A model generated the notes under the pieces. It was not told the DNA's origin and did no database searches. It saw only the letters and a list, made by a program, of their open reading frames with translations. From NCBI GenBank assembly GCA_965116885.1, contig OZ220741.1:1-64000 (forward strand): DNA of 64,000 bases, in the 5' to 3' direction. How positions within the stretch are numbered: the first letter of the stretch is position 1; each line of letters begins with the position of its first letter. Of the stretch, positions 26,952-36,769 are shown in pieces. The position numbers and the translations under genes were made by a program. This DNA comes from Candidatus Latescibacterota bacterium. GTDB taxonomy: Bacteria > Latescibacterota > UBA2968.

Positions 26952-28784
26952 TCAATCCGCAAACGCCCCATTGCCAATGGCAAAGATATTATTCGGATCC
27001 ATCGCCTTTTTCATCTGCCGCAACACCGCAATGCTATTTTCGCTTTGAATCTGCGGCAAAAAGCCACTGCGGAGCTTGCCCACGCCGTGATGGTGCGACA
27101 AAGACCCGCCGTGGTCTAAAATCTCCTGCCGCAACTGGCGCTCAATCGCGTGATAAACGCCAACCGAATCCTCAAGCCCCTGCGCGCAAAAACCCATTGT
27201 AAAATAAATGCACACACCCGTGTGATACGTCTGCGTCACGCGATACGCCAGAAAGGGTTTGCCCGGCACGCCGTATTCTTCACACAAAACAAATAGCTTC
27301 TTTTCCACCGCACCAATAACATCGTGAATATTAGTCCACGGCACAGAAGTCTCAAATGTCTCGCCCAAAATGTGAAACTGAGTAAAAAAATCGCGAATAT
27401 ACGCAATCCCAAACGTCAGCATATATCCCCGCTCGCCTCTGTGCGCCCCGCCCGAAATACCGCCGTATTTCTTCGCCAAACGAAAAATCGTCTTTGCCTG
27501 CTGCCGGACCTCGTCTTTTGTGCCCTCCATCACAATCGTACACGCCACCAACTGCTTTGGATCAAACCCCTTGACCTTGAACAAAAAAAATTGCAGAATA
27601 TCCTGCTGGAACTTCTTAAATCCTTTAGCCTCGGGCTTCAGCGCCTGCCCAAGATGAAATTCCGTATTGTTCACCAGCCGAATACTCGCCGGAATTTGTC
27701 CCGTCTGCCGAAGTGCCTTTAAGTAATCCACACCCCGTTCAAATGACGGAAATACCAGTGAGCCAAATGCCTGTGCTTCGGGCTGTTTGTGGATCTTTAT
27801 CGTCGCCCGGGTAATAATCCCCAAATTGCCCTCACTCCCAAACAAAAACGACCGGGGCTGCACACCTGTCGAATTGCGCGGCGTCGCGTGATGCGTCTCC
27901 ACCTCCCCCGTTGGCGTCACCAGCGTGGCCTCTATCACAATATCCTCAATATTGCCATACCGGTTCTTTTTCATACCACTGGCATTGGTCGCAATCCATC
28001 CCCCCAGAGTTGAAAACTCCAGACTATCTGGATCGTGTCCCGACGTGTATCCCAACTCATTCAGCGCAATCTCCAATTGCTTACCCGAAATGCCCGCCTG
28101 CACACACGCTTGAAAATTCTCTTCATCCACCTGCACAATGCGATTCATGCGACGCATATCCACCGACGCGACCATCCGCGTCTCCGAAGTCGGAATTGCG
28201 AGCGCACCGCTCACATTCGTCCCCCCGCCATAGGGCACCAGCGCCACATTGTGGTCATTTGCAAGCTGGATAATAGCCTGAATATCCGCGTCTTCCTCCG
28301 GGAACAACACCACATCCACCAGGCGTTCGGGCGGCCGATGGTACAAAATTTGATACACCTCATCCACACTCAACTGCCCGTGGCTATGCACCAGACGCTC
28401 TATGTCATCCTGAGAAACCCCATCTTCACTGAGCGCATCGCGCACCGCCCTCAAAAATTCATCATTTGTCACGGGCGCGGGCAAATCGCGGTGTTCGACC
28501 TCTTGCCCCATATCTTCGGGACGGACCGGCACTTCGAGCACCTCTTCGACAAAAGGCAAAAAATACGGCATCCGATAGCCACACAACGGATACCGCGTTC
28601 CCGTCACATGCACGGTCCTGTCATCGTCAAACTCAAACCGCGTATCCTCATACCCCCACTTGTGTGCAAACCGCTCGCCTTCTGCCCCCTCAGAAAAACG
28701 GTCTTTGCTGGCAAAAGCGCGACGCCCCCGAACGAGCAAAAATACCAGCGCCAGTAAAAATGCAATGATCATCAGTTCATTCAT
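26952..28784 (-). CDS. Alkyl-dihydroxyacetonephosphate synthase (AGPS/ADAS, FAD-linked) with N-terminal membrane anchor
   Basis: HSHGQ, PYGGGTNVS, GHDPDSLEFSTLGGWIATNASGMKKNRYGNIED, GSEGNLG, IAYIRD, ETFETSVPW, RVTQTY...CIYF, GGSLSHHHGVGKLR. Confidence 0.9.
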   Translation of the reverse strand: MNELMIIAFLLALVFLLVRGRRAFASKDRFSEGAEGERFAHKWGYEDTRFEFDDDRTVHVTGTRYPLCGYRMPYFLPFVEEVLEVPVRPEDMGQEVEHRDLPAPVTNDEFLRAVRDALSEDGVSQDDIERLVHSHGQLSVDEVYQILYHRPPERLVDVVLFPEEDADIQAIIQLANDHNVALVPYGGGTNVSGALAIPTSETRMVASVDMRRMNRIVQVDEENFQACVQAGISGKQLEIALNELGYTSGHDPDSLEFSTLGGWIATNASGMKKNRYGNIEDIVIEATLVTPTGEVETHHATPRNSTGVQPRSFLFGSEGNLGIITRATIKIHKQPEAQAFGSLVFPSFERGVDYLKALRQTGQIPASIRLVNNTEFHLGQALKPEAKGFKKFQQDILQFFLFKVKGFDPKQLVACTIVMEGTKDEVRQQAKTIFRLAKKYGGISGGAHRGERGYMLTFGIAYIRDFFTQFHILGETFETSVPWTNIHDVIGAVEKKLFVLCEEYGVPGKPFLAYRVTQTYHTGVCIYFTMGFCAQGLEDSVGVYHAIERQLRQEILDHGGSLSHHHGVGKLRSGFLPQIQSENSIAVLRQMKKAMDPNNIFAIGNGAFAD

Positions 28785-28799
28785 TTTTTACCTCAATTT

Positions 28800-30737
28800 T
28801 CAAGACTCTGGATTCAACAACGTCGCAATATGCACCGCTTGAAACAGCGCGGCAGCCTCAGACTGAATCCGCAGAGATCGTCTTTTGGGCAACAGGGTCG
28901 TCTCCCCCAACATAGGCGGCGAAACCCACACATCGACCTGCCCCGGATTGATATTGATATTGCCCTTTGGACATTTGGGCCACAGCGCGTGAAGCCCCCG
29001 GTACGCAATCGGCACAATCACTACATCCTGGGGCAATTGTGCAAACACCCCGTGTTGAAGCGGAAATTGTTGAATCGCAAAAGCCGCGGTCGTCGCCATG
29101 GGATAAATAACGCCCGGTCGCTCTGTCAATGCCTGTGCCACGCGCTGTGTCGTATGGCCCGCAGCATGGGACCGCTCGAGCATCACATAGCCATCGACAT
29201 TTTCCAGAATCTGATCAAAAACCTCCGACGTCATCCCAAACTGCGTGATCTGCTTCGACCCAATTTTGATACCCGAACGCGCCAGCCCCGTACGCGCCAG
29301 AATTACACAAGGTTCGGGTCTTTCCCATCCCATCGCATTCATAAATTCTCGAGACTGCAAAACCTTATACAAAACGGGATGGTCAAACAAACTCTGATGC
29401 GTTGGCAAAAAAATAAGACGCCGATCTTCCGCATCGGCTCCCAAATCTCGTACGATGGCCTCAAAATGGGGATCGATATAAACGTTGACGCGAATATCAA
29501 AAATATCCAGCGTGCGACGTCCCCAATCGAGCCAGGTGCGCCATCCAGCTTCGCGGCGACGGATGGGATCGGCTTCTTTTTTTAACAATTTCTTTTTTTG
29601 ACGTCCCACCTTGAGCGAAGTCCCCATCCACCTGGCAAAACGCATTCCTCTCCGCAATTTTGAAAATTGTCCTCGACGCCCGACATCGGGATATTCCAAA
29701 AATCGGCCCTGCGCCGTATCTGCGAGCAAAGCGGGAATTTCCATACGCGAAACACCTTGTCCAACGCGATTGATTTGCGCGTTCACATCGCATATCAGCT
29801 TAACCGACAAATCAATCATATCCCGCGTCAAATAACTATACTCCTGTCCATACCAATACAGCCTGGGACGCAGCCTGGTGGGATCTTCTTGATGCGCCTG
29901 CAAAAATTCAATCAACAGTGCCTTGATGTGCAACACATCATCATCTATTCCATCCAACTCCACATCGTCGCGCAACTGCGCCAAAGCCACCTCCGCATCC
30001 ACAATAACCTTCCACACCGACACACCAAACCAGCCGAAATTCGTCAAATAATTATACCGCGTTGACAACAACCCTCCCGCAGCGATCAAATTGAGCGTGC
30101 GCTGTGCCACATCTTGTAGCAAATCGCGCAAAGATCCCACAATCCGCTCGCCATCTCGTTCACAACTGTACTCTTCGGCCCAGTGTGTCCCTTCGTCCGC
30201 CTCCACATTGCCAAGAGCCTCTGCAACGGCGCGGGCATGCGACATCGGCACCTGTGTAATATGCACCTGAGCCAGAGCCTCTTCAACGGCTTCGGGCGCG
30301 TGCAACTCCGCCTGTGTCAGAGCCTTCAAATACAGAGACTGATATAACTTCAAAAAATCTTTCGCATCCCCGCGCCCACGCTCGACAAATTGTCTCCTGA
30401 GTTGCAAATAAATTCGGCTGCCCATGTGATATTGCGGAAGCAACTCTGCAAAAGGACGATACGCCTCGTCCAAACGCTCATCGCGAACCTCGGGCAAGCC
30501 CCTAAAAATCGCATCCACAAGCCGAGCGCGAAATTGCAGTGCCTCCATATCCATCGCGCCGCTCTGACTTTTGGGCCAGACAAGCGCATCCGGATCAAAC
30601 TCGTCAAAATAGCCATCGTGACGCACCGCTTCGAGCATAAGCTGAACCGATTGGTCATAAATAGCCAACATCTGCTCCAGGTCGTCGAGCAGTGTTTCGT
30701 GCAATGGGCGAGTATCCGATTTATCGCGTGAAGTCAT
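28800..30737 (-). CDS. Acyltransferase (PlsC/PlsB superfamily domain) with large uncharacterised N-terminal domain
   Basis: C-terminal FLPTHQSLFD (HX4D), VIVPIAYRG, LWPK...INPGQVDV; block III reads YPMATT instead of FPEGTR. Confidence 0.7.
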   Translation of the reverse strand: MTSRDKSDTRPLHETLLDDLEQMLAIYDQSVQLMLEAVRHDGYFDEFDPDALVWPKSQSGAMDMEALQFRARLVDAIFRGLPEVRDERLDEAYRPFAELLPQYHMGSRIYLQLRRQFVERGRGDAKDFLKLYQSLYLKALTQAELHAPEAVEEALAQVHITQVPMSHARAVAEALGNVEADEGTHWAEEYSCERDGERIVGSLRDLLQDVAQRTLNLIAAGGLLSTRYNYLTNFGWFGVSVWKVIVDAEVALAQLRDDVELDGIDDDVLHIKALLIEFLQAHQEDPTRLRPRLYWYGQEYSYLTRDMIDLSVKLICDVNAQINRVGQGVSRMEIPALLADTAQGRFLEYPDVGRRGQFSKLRRGMRFARWMGTSLKVGRQKKKLLKKEADPIRRREAGWRTWLDWGRRTLDIFDIRVNVYIDPHFEAIVRDLGADAEDRRLIFLPTHQSLFDHPVLYKVLQSREFMNAMGWERPEPCVILARTGLARSGIKIGSKQITQFGMTSEVFDQILENVDGYVMLERSHAAGHTTQRVAQALTERPGVIYPMATTAAFAIQQFPLQHGVFAQLPQDVVIVPIAYRGLHALWPKCPKGNININPGQVDVWVSPPMLGETTLLPKRRSLRIQSEAAALFQAVHIATLLNPES

Positions 30738-30746
30738 AAGAGAAGC

Positions 30747-32351
30747 CTAAACACCTGTCTTTAGCACATGGCGTTGCAAGCCGGGAATATGAATATCTTT
30801 TACGTAAACGGGCCAATCTATGCGCGAAACATCACAATTAAAAATTTCTTTATCTTCTGCATCCAGGCTGTCAAACAACTGATTCATATTGTCGTTTTGA
30901 AACACGCAATCCAGAGAAATATAAGAACCGTAAATATCGGTAAGCGCCAACGTATTTTCCAAAGTAGCATTCAAAATCGATAATTGGCGTTGGCGTTTTG
31001 AGACATCGACCATTGGCACCCAATCCAGTGCCCGTTGCAAAATTTTGAGTGGCAACAGATACTTATAGCGCAACTTTCGACGGAATTGTGACAATGTCGG
31101 ATAGGTCCACGGTGCCACCGCAATGGGTTTGCCATCGCGGTCTCTCATTGGATTGTTCACAAAATACTCGTACACATACTGGACGACTTCACCCACTGTC
31201 ACCGGATTCTTTGCACTTGTTGTCACATGATAAACCTTCAAATCGGCATTTGCACGGATAGAAGGCAAAACACTGATAATCACATTGATAATAATATCCA
31301 CGGGAATAACATCTAAAACCGCTTCTGGACGCGCTGGAAAATCCGTCAAACGCCCCTTGCCGTAGTGTGCAATAAGTGGATCGGCCACTTTTAGCCCCTC
31401 CAGCCATCCCGGCTCTGGATCGGACAAACTGCTCTCAATAATAGAAGGGCGCACGATCACGGTTGGCAAATCGCCCCGGGTCTTGGCAATCATCTGCTCG
31501 CCCATGGCTTTGGTAAAAGAATAACTGTCGTGCCAGCCCAACTCTCGCCCGCGCTTTATGCCGCGTGCCACCATCTGTTCCCGCACCCAGCGCTGGCGCA
31601 AGGCCTCCAACTGATGTTCCCGCCGATGTGCTGTAACGCGCTTGCCACGATCCTGTCGGTCCAACAACCGCGTAAATTCCGCAAATCGCTCGGGACTCCG
31701 CGACGACGCCTCTACTTCGCGGCTATACGTCAGAATATCTTCAATTTCCGAGTCCAGACTATAATCGGGCGCGCGACCATTTCCCATCTGTTGTGCCACC
31801 GTTTGATCGGGCACGGGTGCGTCTTCAGAAATGATTCTCTTTTGCCGCCCATTGACATAAGCCGTTGAAACATGCACGAGCACAGCATCTCGACAGGCTT
31901 TGGCAAATTCGACAACGCGCTTGGCTCCAAGTGTATTTTGCGCCAGAGCCAGATCCAGTGGCGCGTCAAAAACCACATTGGCCGCGCTGTTAATCACAAT
32001 ATCAACTTCACGGGCCAACCGCGCATATGTCTCCGCGTCCATGCCGAGGTGATCTTGTGTCAAATCGCTCGGCACGGCAATGACTTTTTCGCGCATCACA
32101 GCATCAAAACGACCCCCGAGTTCTGCGCGCAATCGCGTAAAGGCACTGGATTGCAAAATCTCCCTTTGCAGTCGATCTTCGGCACTAATGGGCTTGCCCC
32201 CTCCCCGCCTTTGAGGTCGCACCATGAGATAAATGCGCCCAACATCTGGCGCATGGCAAAGGATTTTTCCCACTAATCCCTTGGCCAAAAAACCAGTTGC
32301 ACCTGTAACAAACAGAACCTTGTGATTCAAAAATGGAATAACGACACTCAT
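30747..32351 (-). CDS. Fatty acyl-CoA/ACP reductase (alcohol-forming, male-sterility FAR family)
   Basis: TGATGFLAK, NSAANVVFD, HVSTAYV, YSFTKAMGE, VRPSII, DVIPVD, C-terminal FNCDVSRIDW. Confidence 0.9.
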   Translation of the reverse strand: MSVVIPFLNHKVLFVTGATGFLAKGLVGKILCHAPDVGRIYLMVRPQRRGGGKPISAEDRLQREILQSSAFTRLRAELGGRFDAVMREKVIAVPSDLTQDHLGMDAETYARLAREVDIVINSAANVVFDAPLDLALAQNTLGAKRVVEFAKACRDAVLVHVSTAYVNGRQKRIISEDAPVPDQTVAQQMGNGRAPDYSLDSEIEDILTYSREVEASSRSPERFAEFTRLLDRQDRGKRVTAHRREHQLEALRQRWVREQMVARGIKRGRELGWHDSYSFTKAMGEQMIAKTRGDLPTVIVRPSIIESSLSDPEPGWLEGLKVADPLIAHYGKGRLTDFPARPEAVLDVIPVDIIINVIISVLPSIRANADLKVYHVTTSAKNPVTVGEVVQYVYEYFVNNPMRDRDGKPIAVAPWTYPTLSQFRRKLRYKYLLPLKILQRALDWVPMVDVSKRQRQLSILNATLENTLALTDIYGSYISLDCVFQNDNMNQLFDSLDAEDKEIFNCDVSRIDWPVYVKDIHIPGLQRHVLKTGV

Positions 32352-32411
32352 AAAAAGACCCCGGCATTACCAAAAAAATTAAAACGCAACAGCACTTAAA
32401 TCACCTTCCCA

Positions 32412-32440
32412 ATTAAAGGCGACCATTAGACTTGTGTCAA
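32412..32440 (-). promoter_or_regulatory. Possible sigma70 promoter of FAR operon
   Basis: TTGACA-17nt-TTTAAT; the -10 deviates from consensus. Confidence 0.35.
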
Positions 32441-32487
32441 CCCCTTTCTCGGGCAGTTCACAAGCGCAAATCCTTATCAAAAATGGG

Positions 32488-32517
32488 GTTGACAAAAAAA
32501 AGGTCAACTCCTATCTT
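32488..32517 (+). promoter_or_regulatory. sigma70 promoter of ndk-fab operon with GTTGAC-N9-GTCAAC palindrome
   Basis: TTGACA (32489)-17nt-TATCTT (32512); inverted repeat at 32488-32508. Confidence 0.55.
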
Positions 32518-32565
32518 GTCCTTCTTCAAGCCGTTATGAGCCTATTTTTTTATGGAATTTTATGC

Positions 32566-32964
32566 ATGGAACGCACCTTGCTCATCGTCAAACCCGACGC
32601 TGTTGCACAAAATGTAATCGGTGAAATCATTCGCCGTCTCGAAGAAAAAAAATTTCGAATTGTAAACCTAAAAATGGTTCGCCTCACGCGCAGACAGGCC
32701 GCCGAATTTTATGCAGTACATCGCCAACGGCCTTTTTACAACGACTTGCTCGATTTTATGACCTCCGGTCCCTGTGTACCCATGGCACTCGAGCGAGACA
32801 ACGCCGTTGCATTTTTGCGCGAAGTCATCGGCAGTACCAATCCCGAAGAAGCCGCAGAAGGAACCATTCGCAAAGACTTTGCAACCGATATTCAAAACAA
32901 TGCCGTACACGCCTCAGATTCACTGGAAAATGCAGCCAAAGAAGTGGCTTTCTTTTTTAGCTAA
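32566..32964 (+). CDS. ndk: Nucleoside diphosphate kinase
   Basis: [31 protein letters not shown]. Confidence 0.95.
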   Translation: MERTLLIVKPDAVAQNVIGEIIRRLEEKKFRIVNLKMVRLTRRQAAEFYAVHRQRPFYNDLLDFMTSGPCVPMALERDNAVAFLREVIGSTNPEEAAEGTIRKDFATDIQNNAVHASDSLENAAKEVAFFFS

Positions 32965-32981
32965 AAGCCGTTACCTACATT

Positions 32982-33497
32982 ATGAAAATCGACCTGAGAG
33001 ATATACAGGAAGGCGAAACCGAACTTTCGTTTGAAGAAACGCCTGCCGACCTGCACATTACCGGGGAAGACACCTCATTTGCAGGTGCCATAAACACCCG
33101 TCTCGTCGTGTACAAATACGGCGACTCGCTCTCTGCCAAAGGGCAAACCACCTGTCTGGTGCGCCCCGAATGCGCGCGGTGCCTGGAACCCATCGAATTT
33201 CCCATCGCCATCTCATACACATTCGTTTTTCAAAAAGGTCGCCCTGACCAGATGAACGATGACGATGATGAAACGCTGATCTGGCTCAATGAAGAACCCG
33301 GCGAAATAGACCTGGGCAATGACGTGAAAGACTATATTTTGCTCGAACTACCCATGATCCCAACCTGCGCTGCATCGCCTTCTGGCCCTTGCGAACGCTA
33401 TGAGCAAGACCCCCATGAATTACTGGAATACGAGCGTGAAAAGAGCCACGACCCGCGCTGGGATGCTCTCCGCGTACTAAAAGAAAACGAACAGTAA
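32982..33497 (+). CDS. yceD: DUF177/YceD family protein
   Basis: CARCLEP, LELPM, DPRWDALR; upstream of rpmF. Confidence 0.88.
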   Translation: MKIDLRDIQEGETELSFEETPADLHITGEDTSFAGAINTRLVVYKYGDSLSAKGQTTCLVRPECARCLEPIEFPIAISYTFVFQKGRPDQMNDDDDETLIWLNEEPGEIDLGNDVKDYILLELPMIPTCAASPSGPCERYEQDPHELLEYEREKSHDPRWDALRVLKENEQ

Positions 33498-33527
33498 ACA
33501 GAGCAACAATCAAAAAGGAATACCACC

Positions 33528-33710
33528 ATGGCCAACCCCAAACGAAAAAGTTCAAATTCCCGCACAGGTAAACGCCGTGCCAATTGGAAACTGCGTCAAC
33601 CCACTTTTAACGAATGCCCCAACTGTGGGCAGCAAAAAATACCCCACCGGGTCTGTGGAAATTGTGGTTATTACAATGGACGCGAAGTGGTTGAAACCGA
33701 TGGCTTCTAA
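33528..33710 (+). CDS. rpmF: 50S ribosomal protein L32
   Basis: MANPKRK...CPNCG...[11 protein letters not shown]. Confidence 0.96.
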   Translation: MANPKRKSSNSRTGKRRANWKLRQPTFNECPNCGQQKIPHRVCGNCGYYNGREVVETDGF

Positions 33711-33756
33711 TTTTGGTCTAACGTCGCGCAGACTTTAGAGGAGCAGAGTAATTATC

Positions 33757-34749
33757 ATGTACCCCCTTACAGCCACCATCACCGGGGTTGGGCACTACGT
33801 CCCAGAACAGAAGCTGACCAATATCGACCTCGAAAAAATGGTCGATACATCCGACGAGTGGATCACTTCCCGCACCGGCATCAAAGAACGTCGCATTCTC
33901 GACGAGGGATTGGGCACGTCTTTTATGGCTCTAAAATCTCTGGAAGCCATTCTGCACAACAAAGGGCTCGATGCCAGAGATATCGACCTGCTCATCGTCG
34001 CAACCATCACGCCCGACATGGTATTTCCATCAACGGCCTGTCTGGTACAGGACCAAATTGGTGCCACAAATGCCTGGGCTTTTGATCTGGCGGCAGCCTG
34101 TAGCGGTTTTTTATATGCTCTGATGGTGGGGGGGCAATTTATTGAAACGGGCGCACACAAACGCGTAGTCGTCATTGGAGCCGACAAAATGAGCAGCATT
34201 ACAGACTACACCGATCGCGACACCTGCGTGCTCTTTGGCGATGGCGCGGGCGCCGTTTTACTCGAACCCGGCGAACCCGGTTTGGGGCTTAAAGACTTTA
34301 TCCTCTATTCTGATGGCAGCGGCGTAAAATATCTGCGACAACCCGCTGGCGGCAGCCTGCTTCCCGCCTCTCGTGAAACCGTTGAAAAAAAAATGCATTA
34401 CATTTATCAAGATGGTCGCGAAGTTTTCAAATTTGCAGTCCCCAAAATGGCGGAAGTTTCCGCTCAAATTCTCGAACGCAACGGCCTTGTCGGCAAAGAC
34501 ATCGCGCTTTTTGTGCCACATCAGGCCAACAAACGCATCATTGACGCCTGTGTCAAACGTACAGATATACCCGAAGATCGCGTTGTGGTCAATATTGACC
34601 GCTATGCCAATACCTCGGCTGCCACCATTCCCATTGGCCTGTCTGAAGCAGCCGAACAGAGCCGTCTCAATCGCGGTGACAACGTGTTGCTCGCCAGTGC
34701 CGGTGCGGGATATACCTGGGGCAGCACCCTGCTAACCTGGGCTTATTAG
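33757..34749 (+). CDS. fabH: 3-oxoacyl-ACP synthase III
   Basis: DTSDEWITSRTGI, AACSGF, FGDGAGA, PHQAN, NTSAA. Confidence 0.95.
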   Translation: MYPLTATITGVGHYVPEQKLTNIDLEKMVDTSDEWITSRTGIKERRILDEGLGTSFMALKSLEAILHNKGLDARDIDLLIVATITPDMVFPSTACLVQDQIGATNAWAFDLAAACSGFLYALMVGGQFIETGAHKRVVVIGADKMSSITDYTDRDTCVLFGDGAGAVLLEPGEPGLGLKDFILYSDGSGVKYLRQPAGGSLLPASRETVEKKMHYIYQDGREVFKFAVPKMAEVSAQILERNGLVGKDIALFVPHQANKRIIDACVKRTDIPEDRVVVNIDRYANTSAATIPIGLSEAAEQSRLNRGDNVLLASAGAGYTWGSTLLTWAY

Positions 34750-35667
34750 ATGGAAAAAAAAATTTTCCTATTTCCAGGACAAGGTTCCCAATTCGTTGGC
34801 ATGGGATACGACCTGTACAGAAGCGCACCGGAAGCGCACCAAATTTTTGATCTTGCCGACGATGTGCTCGATATAGACATTAAGTCATTCTGCTTCAACG
34901 GTCCTGCCGAGTCACTCAAACAAACCGCAGTCACACAACCGGCAATTTTTGCCCACAGCATTGCTGCCCTTGAAATACTCAAAAGCCGGGGACTGCACCC
35001 CGACCTCGTGGCAGGACACAGTGTTGGAGAACTCGCCGCGCTCGTTGCGGCAGGTGTTATGCACGTCGAAGATGGCTTTCGGGTCGTCAGCGTTCGCGGA
35101 CATGCCATGCAAGTCGCGGGAAAAATTCGGCCAGGTACCATGGCAGCTGTGCTCGGTCTCGACGACGACGTGATGATTCGGCTTTGCGACGACCTCAGTT
35201 CTTCGGGTCATGTCACAACAGCCAATTTCAATTGCCCGGGGCAAGTGGTCCTATCTGGCGAGGAAAACGCCGTTGACGAAGCACTCGAAAAAGCCAAAGC
35301 ACTGGGAGCCAAACGCGCTGTGCTCTTGCCCGTAGGCGGCGCATTTCATTCGGCCTTGATGCAACCAGCCGTAACAGCACTGACCGACATACTCGAAAAT
35401 GTGCCATTTGTGCGGGCGCAAATCCCCGTGATCCCCAATGTCACGGCTGAACCCACACGCGATCCAGACCTGCTCAAAGACCTGTTGATTGAGCAAGTTA
35501 TTTCGCCTGTCCGCTGGACAGAATCCATGCAAAGGCTCATAGCAGAAGGCATGACTGAAGCCCTCGAAGTGGGACCAGGCAATGTGCTCAAGGGTCTCAT
35601 GCGCCGCATTGACCGCAATATTTTAGTCCGCGAAGCCGGCACATTGGAAGCCATTGAACAACTTTAG
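34750..35667 (+). CDS. fabD: Malonyl-CoA:ACP transacylase
   Basis: FPGQGSQ, GHSVGE, GAFHS, EVGPG. Confidence 0.95.
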   Translation: MEKKIFLFPGQGSQFVGMGYDLYRSAPEAHQIFDLADDVLDIDIKSFCFNGPAESLKQTAVTQPAIFAHSIAALEILKSRGLHPDLVAGHSVGELAALVAAGVMHVEDGFRVVSVRGHAMQVAGKIRPGTMAAVLGLDDDVMIRLCDDLSSSGHVTTANFNCPGQVVLSGEENAVDEALEKAKALGAKRAVLLPVGGAFHSALMQPAVTALTDILENVPFVRAQIPVIPNVTAEPTRDPDLLKDLLIEQVISPVRWTESMQRLIAEGMTEALEVGPGNVLKGLMRRIDRNILVREAGTLEAIEQL

Positions 35668-35690
35668 AACATTTAACCGACAATTATCTC

Positions 35691-36437
35691 ATGAACCGAC
35701 TCACAGATAAAACAGCTCTTATAACAGGTGGGTCTCGCGGCATTGGCGAGGCCATTGCCCTGCGCCTTGCGCGCGAAGGAGCCAACATCGCCGTATGTGC
35801 CAGCCAGAGCACGGAAGCTGCAGAAGTCGTGGCCGAAAAAATCCGCGAACAGGGCAGAGAGGCCATTGTACGACAAACCGATGTATCCAATGCCGAATCA
35901 GTTGAAGCCCTTGTAAAGACCGTCCTCGACACCTGGGGCAAAATTGATATACTCGTCAACAATGCGGGTATCACCCGCGACAATTTGCTGATGCGTATGA
36001 AAGAAGACGAGTGGGATGCTGTTCTTGGCGTCAACCTCAAAGGTGCGTACCATTGTATCAAAGCCGTCATCCGTCCCATGATGAAGGCGCGAACCGGTCG
36101 CATCATCAACGTCTCATCGGTCGTGGGACTCACGGGCAATGCCGGGCAGATCAATTACGCCGCATCCAAATCGGGCCTTATTGGCCTGACCAAATCGGTA
36201 GCCCGAGAATTGGCCAGCCGCAATATTACGGCCAACGCCATTGCGCCCGGATTTATTCCAACGGACATGACCGCCAAACTCAACGACAAAATACAAGAAC
36301 AGTTGATCGCACAGATTCCACTGGGCAAACTCGGTAGCCCCGACGATGTCGCTGCTGCCACAGCCTTTCTCGCCTCTGACGACGCGGCCTATATTACCGG
36401 ACAGGTTCTCGTTGTCGATGGCGGAATGGTGATGTAA
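35691..36437 (+). CDS. fabG: 3-oxoacyl-ACP reductase
   Basis: TGGSRGIG, NNAGITRD, GNAGQINYAASK. Confidence 0.95.
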   Translation: MNRLTDKTALITGGSRGIGEAIALRLAREGANIAVCASQSTEAAEVVAEKIREQGREAIVRQTDVSNAESVEALVKTVLDTWGKIDILVNNAGITRDNLLMRMKEDEWDAVLGVNLKGAYHCIKAVIRPMMKARTGRIINVSSVVGLTGNAGQINYAASKSGLIGLTKSVARELASRNITANAIAPGFIPTDMTAKLNDKIQEQLIAQIPLGKLGSPDDVAAATAFLASDDAAYITGQVLVVDGGMVM

Positions 36438-36479
36438 ATAATCACTACACACTACACACTGCAAACGGAGGGCTTCACA

Positions 36480-36719
36480 ATGACCGATGATATTCAACAA
36501 AAAGTTACTGACCTGATTGTTGACCAACTCGGAGTCGATGCCGATAGCGTCAATGCCGACGCCCATTTTATTGACGATCTGGGCGCAGACTCGCTCGACA
36601 CAGTCGAACTGGTCATGGCTTTCGAAGAAGAATTTGACATGGAAATCTCCGATGAAGACGCCGAAAAGCTCGAAACAGTTGGCGATGCCATCGCATACTT
36701 AGACGAACGTCTGGATTAA
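36480..36719 (+). CDS. acpP: Acyl carrier protein
   Basis: [20 protein letters not shown]. Confidence 0.97.
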   Translation: MTDDIQQKVTDLIVDQLGVDADSVNADAHFIDDLGADSLDTVELVMAFEEEFDMEISDEDAEKLETVGDAIAYLDERLD

Positions 36720-36769
36720 TTCGGGAACTGGAGGCTGGAACCAATCTCAAGCCTTCAGGAGGTCATTTA

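Noticed and set aside
26952..28784. Generic D-lactate/glycolate oxidase annotation
   Set aside because: AGPS-specific motifs (MKKN.YGNIED, RVTQTY, SHHHGVG) and FAR/acyltransferase context fit alkyl-DHAP synthase better.
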